This document shows, one piece after another, positions 6,396-11,447 of a stretch of 11,447 bases of DNA. The DNA is taken from assembly GCA_963844035.1 (NCBI GenBank), contig CAWJMT010000029.1, forward strand, positions 1 through 11,447, written 5' to 3'. The notes under the pieces were generated by a model that saw only the letters and a program-made list of their open reading frames with translations, did not search any database and was not told the origin of the DNA. Origin of the DNA: an uncultured Gemmatimonadales bacterium. Lineage in GTDB: Bacteria; Gemmatimonadota; Gemmatimonadetes; Gemmatimonadales; GWC2-71-9. A program made the position numbers and the translations under genes. How positions within the stretch are numbered: position 1 is the first letter of the stretch; each line of letters opens with the position of its first letter.

Positions 6396-6523
6396 CGGCA
6401 GTCCAGGCCGATGGCCTGGATGCGTCTTGGGTTCCGCTCAGTCGCCCGACGCCCGCGTTGGACGCCGCCCCGTCTTGAGGCTACCCTGCCATCGGCATCA
6501 CCATCGCCTCCTCGGGAGGTCTC

Positions 6524-7963
6524 ATGAAGCCCCTGTACCTCGCTTCAGTGCTGGTCGGCGCCGTCGTCGGGCTGAGCTGCGAGTCGCAGCCGCCCACCTC
6601 GCCGCCCGGTGCGCTTTCGCTTCGCATGACAGCGACTGGTCCCGCGAGTCCGTGTGTGGACGACAGGGATCGCGACAAGCGGTCCGATCCCGTTGACATC
6701 CTGTGTGCGGTGACGGTGCCCGACAATCCGCTCGCCGGCATCGCGAAGAGCTGGTTTGTCCACGAACGCAACGCCTTGTACATCGCCGACCAAGCCAACA
6801 AGGGCGTGGACGTCATCGACCTGCGGCGCTACGAGTACAGGGGTCGGGTGACGGGTTTCGTGGGTGCGGCGACCGCCGGCGGCGGCACGGCTACCACGAA
6901 CGGCCAGGGTCCGAACAGCATGGCGCCGGTCAACGGACACCGCATGTGGGTGTCGGACGGCAACAGCCAGGTGCAGCTCGTGGACCTGCTGTCACTCTCG
7001 ATCGTCCACACCACCAGCACGGCGATCGCCGCGTGCGACGGCGGGACTGAGACGACGCACTTCTGCGGCCGCACCAACGAAATGACCTACGATCCCGTCA
7101 ATCGCGTGATCATAGTCACGAATCCGAACCCGCTCGATGTCACGACGCACGCGCCGCTGGCTCCGTACGTGTCATTCATCGATGCGCGCCGGCCCTACGC
7201 AGTCCTCGGCACCATCTCGTTCCCCGATGCGCGAGGCACCCCCGAGGCGCCGGTATTCGATCGTTCCACCCGTCGCCTCCTTCTTCCAGTCCCGACGTGC
7301 AACAACGCCGCAACGTGCGACCCGGCGCGGGGCGCGACCGAGTATATCGCAGTGATCAATGGCAGGACGCGCAGCGTTGAGAAGAAGTTCGTGATGCCGG
7401 ATTGCGCCACCCTCATGCCCGCCATCACACCGCCGCCGACCGGGATGATGAACGACATGTCGATCGACCAGAAAAACCACCACGTCATTATGCCGGTGTG
7501 CGGGCGGGGCGAAGTCGTGTTCGACTCGCGCACCGGCGCCGTGGTCAATGTGATCACTGAGATCACGGGCAGCGACCAGACCTGGTTCAACGACGGCGAC
7601 GGCCGCTTTTACGTGGCCGCGAACGACCCGGCGAATGCGAACACGCGGTCACTCGGTGTGATCGACGGACGCACAGGGCTGTGGCTCCAAAACGTGCCGG
7701 CCGTGGGCGCGGTCATTCCCTCGGCCAGCGATTTCCCCGCGAACCGTGTGTTCACGGGAGTGCCGGCGTCGACGGCGACCACCGCCTGTACACCGTTTGG
7801 CGTCGCGGCGTTGGGGTGCGTGATTGTGTACCAGCACGACGATGGGATACCCGAAAAGGACCACGGGCACGGGCACGGGCACGGCCACGACAACGACGGG
7901 GGGCACGACAACCACGGCGGGCACGACAACTACGACGGGCAGGACCACTACGACGGGCAGTGA
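6524..7963 (+). CDS. Lipoprotein, YVTN/YncE-like beta-propeller with His/Asp/Gly-rich C-terminal tail
   Basis: RBS GGAGGTCTC-ATG and signal ending VVGLS-C19. Repeated blade-like segments: LYIADQANKGVDVIDL, MWVSDGNSQVQLVDL, YVSFIDA, YIAVING, EVVFDS, LGVIDG. Confidence 0.88.
   Translation: MKPLYLASVLVGAVVGLSCESQPPTSPPGALSLRMTATGPASPCVDDRDRDKRSDPVDILCAVTVPDNPLAGIAKSWFVHERNALYIADQANKGVDVIDLRRYEYRGRVTGFVGAATAGGGTATTNGQGPNSMAPVNGHRMWVSDGNSQVQLVDLLSLSIVHTTSTAIAACDGGTETTHFCGRTNEMTYDPVNRVIIVTNPNPLDVTTHAPLAPYVSFIDARRPYAVLGTISFPDARGTPEAPVFDRSTRRLLLPVPTCNNAATCDPARGATEYIAVINGRTRSVEKKFVMPDCATLMPAITPPPTGMMNDMSIDQKNHHVIMPVCGRGEVVFDSRTGAVVNVITEITGSDQTWFNDGDGRFYVAANDPANANTRSLGVIDGRTGLWLQNVPAVGAVIPSASDFPANRVFTGVPASTATTACTPFGVAALGCVIVYQHDDGIPEKDHGHGHGHGHDNDGGHDNHGGHDNYDGQDHYDGQ
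7862..7960 (+). repeat. In-frame tandem repeats: 6-nt CACGG(G/C) x4, then 18-nt unit x4
   Basis: CACGGG x3 plus CACGGC (7862-7885). Then CACGACAACGACGGGGGG / CACGACAACCACGGCGGG / CACGACAACTACGACGGG / CAGGACCACTACGACGGG (7886-7957). Confidence 0.9.
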
Positions 7964-7991
7964 CAACTCGGGCAGGTCTTGATTGTAGCGG

Positions 7992-8019
7992 GGCGCCGGG
8001 CCGGGAACGGCCCGGCGCC
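7992..8019. terminator. Strong hairpin between convergent genes (probable bidirectional terminator)
   Basis: Perfect 12-bp stem GGCGCCGGGCCG-GGAA-CGGCCCGGCGCC; no U-tract on either side. Confidence 0.6.
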
Positions 8020-8285
8020 TAGCGTATCGCCTGCAGCGCGCCACCCAACCGATAGCGGATGGCGCTCTGTATCCGGGGCGTTTTCAGAACGTCTTCCATC
8101 TCCTTGAGGAGAAAGGCCACCTGGCGCTGCCTCGCACCCAGGGTGACGGTGAGGTGGAACTTGCCCGTGGTCAGTCCCACATGGGATGGGGACCAATTGC
8201 CGCTCGCGCCGACAATCCCCATCTCACCCGCCGCTTCGCCGAGCGAGTTCAAGATCCACGCTTCTCCAGGTGCGATATCCGGCAT
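8019..8285 (-). CDS. Hypothetical protein (88 aa)
   Basis: AAGGAG-CAC-ATG start, protein-like composition, and a stop at the convergent hairpin. The ORF-track extension to 8366 runs into the tRNA and is rejected. Confidence 0.65.
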   Translation of the reverse strand: MPDIAPGEAWILNSLGEAAGEMGIVGASGNWSPSHVGLTTGKFHLTVTLGARQRQVAFLLKEMEDVLKTPRIQSAIRYRLGGALQAIR

Positions 8286-8325
8286 GTGCTCCTTAAGGTG
8301 GAAGTGTGGTTCCCGTGGTATGGAG

Positions 8326-8398
8326 TGGAGCGTGTCGGGCTCGAACCGACGACCCCCGCGTTGCAAACGCGGTGCTCTCCCAGCTGAGCTAACGCCCC
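8326..8398 (-). tRNA. tRNA-Ala (anticodon TGC)
   Basis: GGGGCGTTAGCTCAGCTGGGAGAGCACCGCGTTTGCAACGCGGGGGTCGTCGGTTCGAGCCCGACACGCTCCA. Acceptor stem has the G3:U70 Ala identity pair, anticodon arm is CCGCG-TTTGCAA-CGCGG, T-loop is TTCGAGC. CCA is not encoded directly after the discriminator A. Confidence 0.97.
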
Positions 8399-8408
8399 TT
8401 AACCCTGC

Positions 8409-8436
8409 AATCTGCCCTGCCGCAAGAACCCGGCAA
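8409..8436 (-). promoter_or_regulatory. Possible tRNA promoter
   Basis: TTGCCG-N16-CAGATT ending 10 nt upstream of the tRNA 5' end. Confidence 0.35.
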
Positions 8437-8481
8437 TGCTACCGCCCCGAACCAGCCTAGAAGATAACGACGGAGCGTGAC

Positions 8482-8832
8482 CTACTGCACGACGATCGTG
8501 GCCTGCATGCCGGAGTGGGGGGTGCAGATGTAGCTGTAGCTCCCCGTGGTCCCGAACGTATGGGTGAAGACCTGCTGGTTGCCCAGCAAACCGGAGTCGA
8601 ACGGCTCATCCGAGAAATTGCGCGTGACGCTATGGCGGGCCATGTCGTGATTGACCCACGTCACGGTGGTCCCAACGGCGACCCTCAGCGTCATGGGGGT
8701 GAACTTGTAGTCCGAGATGACCACCTCGGCGACCGTGTCGGGCGTTGGTTGACGGCCGGCTTGCGTGGACGCCGACGAGCACGCCGAGAGTGCTGCGACC
8801 ATGACCGCCGCCGTGATCGTCCGAGACCGCAC
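8482..8832 (-). CDS. Cupredoxin (amicyanin/plastocyanin-like type 1 copper) lipoprotein
   Basis: F.P..L.V.VGTTVTWVN.D...HSVT and YICTPHSGM give the ligand set H / C-x2-H-x2-M, as in amicyanin. GTG 8832 gives the signal MRSRTITAAVMVAALSA-C (lipobox LSAC), 11 nt after the upstream stop. Confidence 0.9.
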   Translation of the reverse strand: MRSRTITAAVMVAALSACSSASTQAGRQPTPDTVAEVVISDYKFTPMTLRVAVGTTVTWVNHDMARHSVTRNFSDEPFDSGLLGNQQVFTHTFGTTGSYSYICTPHSGMQATIVVQ

Positions 8833-8843
8833 GATCCCCGTCG

Positions 8844-9584
8844 CTACCGGGGCGTCGTGTCCGCGGGGGCGGCGCGATCCACCGGAGCCGCACTGTTCGC
8901 GGGCGACATGGAGTCCACGGGAGGGGCGGCAGGCGCCGCGGGGGCTGCGGGAGGCGTGGGTCTCCTCACGCGCTCGAGCGTGATTTGCGAGCGCAACTGA
9001 TCGTGCTGCCAGTTGCTCGTCAGCCCCGCATCGCGCACCACGATCTGCCGGCGCACCAGGTCCCCATTGCTCTCGCGACTGTACCACGTGATCGTGAAAT
9101 GATCGATCCACACGCCCTCGCGAATCCCGAGGCGGGAGTTTTGCAGGGCGCGCCGCTTGTCCATCCCACGGCGCCACTTCTTGCACGGCGGGTTGGAGCC
9201 GAACGCCGGAAGTACACTCGCGGCCGTGTCGGCGCATTCGTCGTCGAAGCTGTGCTCCGTCACGTGCGAGCTGGTCAGCGTCACCTCGCCGGGCTGGAGA
9301 TCGACAGTGTCAAGTGCGATGTCGGCACCCGGGGTCATCTTCCGCTGATACCACCCCAGCAGCATTTCCACTGGAGCGCTCGAGCGGTACACCTGGACCC
9401 ACCGGCCATTCGATCCGTCGCTCGTTTCCGCGCCCTTCTCGCGACTCGCGCCGGGTGGGAGCGGCATCGTCGGGTCGAGCGCCTGCGCGCCGAGCGCCGG
9501 CGCGAGCGTCGTCACCGCCGCCGCGAACACGGCGCTCCACACGGCGCGGGAAGACGGCACCGGATACAGCGGCAGGTCTCGCAC
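8844..9584 (-). CDS. Secreted hypothetical protein (paralog B) with Pro/Ala-rich tail
   Basis: Signal-like AVWSAVFAAAVTTLAPALGA-Q and collinear similarity to 9650..10273. GTG 9584 follows AGAGAGG; ATG 9611 is the alternative. Confidence 0.82.
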   Translation of the reverse strand: MRDLPLYPVPSSRAVWSAVFAAAVTTLAPALGAQALDPTMPLPPGASREKGAETSDGSNGRWVQVYRSSAPVEMLLGWYQRKMTPGADIALDTVDLQPGEVTLTSSHVTEHSFDDECADTAASVLPAFGSNPPCKKWRRGMDKRRALQNSRLGIREGVWIDHFTITWYSRESNGDLVRRQIVVRDAGLTSNWQHDQLRSQITLERVRRPTPPAAPAAPAAPPVDSMSPANSAAPVDRAAPADTTPR

Positions 9585-9611
9585 GCAACCTCTCTGGCTA
9601 TCGGGGCTCAT

Positions 9612-9649
9612 CAGGCGCCGCGCCCGAAATGGGGCGCGCCATCCGCCTG
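9612..9649. other. Intergenic stem-loop between the two paralogs
   Basis: Outer CAGGCG/CGCCTG and inner CGCGCCC-GAAATG-GGGCGCG; no U-tract. Possibly an mRNA stability or partial termination element. Confidence 0.35.
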
Positions 9650-10273
9650 CTACTGCGTGGGCGGCGTCAACGCCTCGCGCTCAAGGGTAATCTGCGACAC
9701 GAGGTTGTACCGTTTCCAATCGTCCGTGATCCCGGCGTCCCGCAGCACGATCGTGCGGCGCAAGATCTCACCGCTGAGCTCACGGGTCATCCACATGAAT
9801 GTGACGCTGTCGATCCACACGGATTGCTCGAAACCAACGCGGTTGTTCTCGAGCACGCGCCGCTTTTCCCTGCCGAGCCGCCAGACCTTACAGGGCGGTG
9901 GCGGACTATCCGGCGGGGGCGGCGTCCACCCCGGATCGCGGCATTCGTCGTCGAACGTATGGAACGTGATGTGATAGGTCATCGGCGGCCGCGTATCCGC
10001 GGCCCGCACTTCGGACGTGTCCAGCACGCGGTCCTTGTTCGGGCTGAGCCAGTTGAGCCGCCGCAGGTACCACGACAACAGCATCTCCGGCGGTGCCCCG
10101 ACCTGCCAGACCTCATGCACCTGGACGTTCGGTCCCTCGCTCCCGGCTTTGGGCTCGAGATTGCGCATGCGCCGCGACGTCTCCGGCAACGGCATCGTGG
10201 AATCGGTCTTCTTCTGCGCGGCAAGCGCCGGCGTCACGGCAAGGACCGTCGCCATGAGCAGGACACCCCGCAT
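9650..10273 (-). CDS. Secreted hypothetical protein (paralog A, 207 aa)
   Basis: RBS GGAGG-N8-ATG, signal MRGVLLMATVLAVTPALA(A)-Q, and motifs shared with paralog B. Confidence 0.85.
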   Translation of the reverse strand: MRGVLLMATVLAVTPALAAQKKTDSTMPLPETSRRMRNLEPKAGSEGPNVQVHEVWQVGAPPEMLLSWYLRRLNWLSPNKDRVLDTSEVRAADTRPPMTYHITFHTFDDECRDPGWTPPPPDSPPPPCKVWRLGREKRRVLENNRVGFEQSVWIDSVTFMWMTRELSGEILRRTIVLRDAGITDDWKRYNLVSQITLEREALTPPTQ

Positions 10274-10299
10274 CGTCCCAACCTCCATCGCCGTCCGGT

Positions 10300-11447
10300 T
10301 CAATTCTCTCTCCGCACCTGGTCGAGGATTCGCTCGTAGTCCGCCCGCGACTGCTCCGTCAGTAAGTACTTGCCCGTCCCTGCTTCGTCCTGAAAGGCCA
10401 GGACCACGTGATACGACGTGTACTCCCACCGCAGGCCGGGCGCGTACTTGCCGGGCACCTCGAATGCCTGATCAGCATCGCCCAGCGTGATGTACACCTG
10501 GCCGCGGTCGGTCTTCCACCCGGGACCCGCGGGTTCGCCGTAGCGCTGGTTGGCGATCTCGATCCGATGGAAGTATTTGTCGAGCGGCTCGTTCTGCGGG
10601 GTGGCGGGCGTCGGATCGCTCGCCCGGTAGAATTCCCGCCACGCCGCCCCCCGCTGCTCGGGTGACGCAGCCCCAAGGGTCGCCACCAGGTCCTGGCGGG
10701 GGAAATAGCGCAGCAAATCCACCGTCTGCGCGAACCGATGCACCGCCCACCCGTCCGAGAACGTGATGAGGAGCGGCGTGACCGTGTGCGCCGTGCCTCC
10801 GACCGCGTGGACCTCGAACATCGCGCGGCCGACGGGAAGCACGCCCGGCTTGACCACGAACTGCACGGTGGCCAGGGGGCCATCCGCGAACGTGAGTGTG
10901 TCCCGCCACAGCTCGATGCTGTCGAGATCGACGATCCGCGCCGCGACGCGGGTGCCCCGCGCAAACCCGTAGCCCTCCACATAGAAGCGGGCCGATTCCC
11001 CATACGGCGTCGCCCCCCGTGGATTGGCCACCAGCTCGGGCATGAGCGTCTGCCGCGTGCGCCCCGCTCCCTCGTAGATCGGCAACGGCCAGCCCAGCCC
11101 GGGCGTGCCGAACTGCGGCACCGTGTCGAGGAGCTGGAAATGGGCGTAGGCCGGGCTGGTGCGGTCCCGCGCCACGACGCTCACCGTGTAGATCCCGGGA
11201 CGTACCACGAGGATTTGCTGGAAGATGATGCTCTCATCGCGCCGCATCGTCTCGGCAACCGATCGAACGCGCACCTTCTCGTCGCGATTGACCTGGCGGA
11301 CGATGTTGCTGTCGCTCCGGACGGTCAGCTCGACGTGGTAGTCAGCGACCATATCGCTGCTGTCGCGCCGGAAGTTCAACGCCCGGTTCGCCAGCGACAT
11401 CGCGAAAAGGAGCAGTGTGGAATCGGGAGAGGCACTGGCGAGGTATC
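10300..11447 (-). CDS. GWxTD domain-containing protein (5'-partial)
   Basis: DPTPATPQNE...YFHRIEIANQRY...GWKTDRGQVYITLG is the GWxTD signature. The frame stays open past ATG 11400 to the window edge (YLASASPDSTLLLFA-MSLANR). Confidence 0.93.
   Translation of the reverse strand, partial: YLASASPDSTLLLFAMSLANRALNFRRDSSDMVADYHVELTVRSDSNIVRQVNRDEKVRVRSVAETMRRDESIIFQQILVVRPGIYTVSVVARDRTSPAYAHFQLLDTVPQFGTPGLGWPLPIYEGAGRTRQTLMPELVANPRGATPYGESARFYVEGYGFARGTRVAARIVDLDSIELWRDTLTFADGPLATVQFVVKPGVLPVGRAMFEVHAVGGTAHTVTPLLITFSDGWAVHRFAQTVDLLRYFPRQDLVATLGAASPEQRGAAWREFYRASDPTPATPQNEPLDKYFHRIEIANQRYGEPAGPGWKTDRGQVYITLGDADQAFEVPGKYAPGLRWEYTSYHVVLAFQDEAGTGKYLLTEQSRADYERILDQVRREN

Noticed and set aside
6488..6510. 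Minus-strand GGCGATGGTG resembling a fluoride riboswitch start
   Set aside because: The pairing TCGCC segment and downstream CTGATGAC are absent.
6515..6526. Identical GGAGGTCTCATG at the starts of the 6524 and 1819 genes
   Set aside because: Eight of the 12 nt are SD plus ATG, so the remaining match is unremarkable.
7862..7960. Short repeats as a possible CRISPR array
   Set aside because: Contiguous in-frame units with no spacers and no cas genes.
8833..9237. N-terminal extension of the cupredoxin ORF to 9237
   Set aside because: It overlaps paralog B in another frame; GTG 8832 gives a proper lipoprotein signal.
8985..10339. 329-aa and 341-aa plus-strand ORFs
   Set aside because: Antisense to the two paralogs, whose mutual conservation identifies the real frames.

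Overview
GC-rich bacterial window. The gene content (GWxTD protein, many lipoproteins, a carboxypeptidase-regulatory-domain outer-membrane gene) suggests Gemmatimonadota, which is an inference. From left to right, mostly on the minus strand: the 5' end of a CarboxypepD_reg-domain envelope protein gene; a DinB-superfamily gene coupled to a 10-Cys zinc-ribbon protein; a three-gene unit of two close lipoprotein paralogs flanking an atypical YceI-like gene, behind a promoter with OmpR/CusR/PhoB-type boxes; a frameshifted 3' remnant of an outer-membrane beta-barrel gene (+ strand, not called as a gene by the ORF track); a GNAT/NDP-forming acyl-CoA synthetase fusion (Pat type) that keeps both phospho-His motifs; a divergent beta-propeller lipoprotein with a His/Asp/Gly repeat tail; an 88-aa ORF just downstream of tRNA-Ala(TGC); an amicyanin-type cupredoxin lipoprotein; two secreted paralogs of a family I do not recognise; and a 5'-partial GWxTD protein. 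I saw no integrase, transposase or CRISPR array. The best candidates for undescribed systems are the lipoprotein-YceI-lipoprotein module (1421-3172) and the GWxTD/paralog pair/cupredoxin cluster (8482-11447). No database searches were run, so family calls rest on motif recognition.
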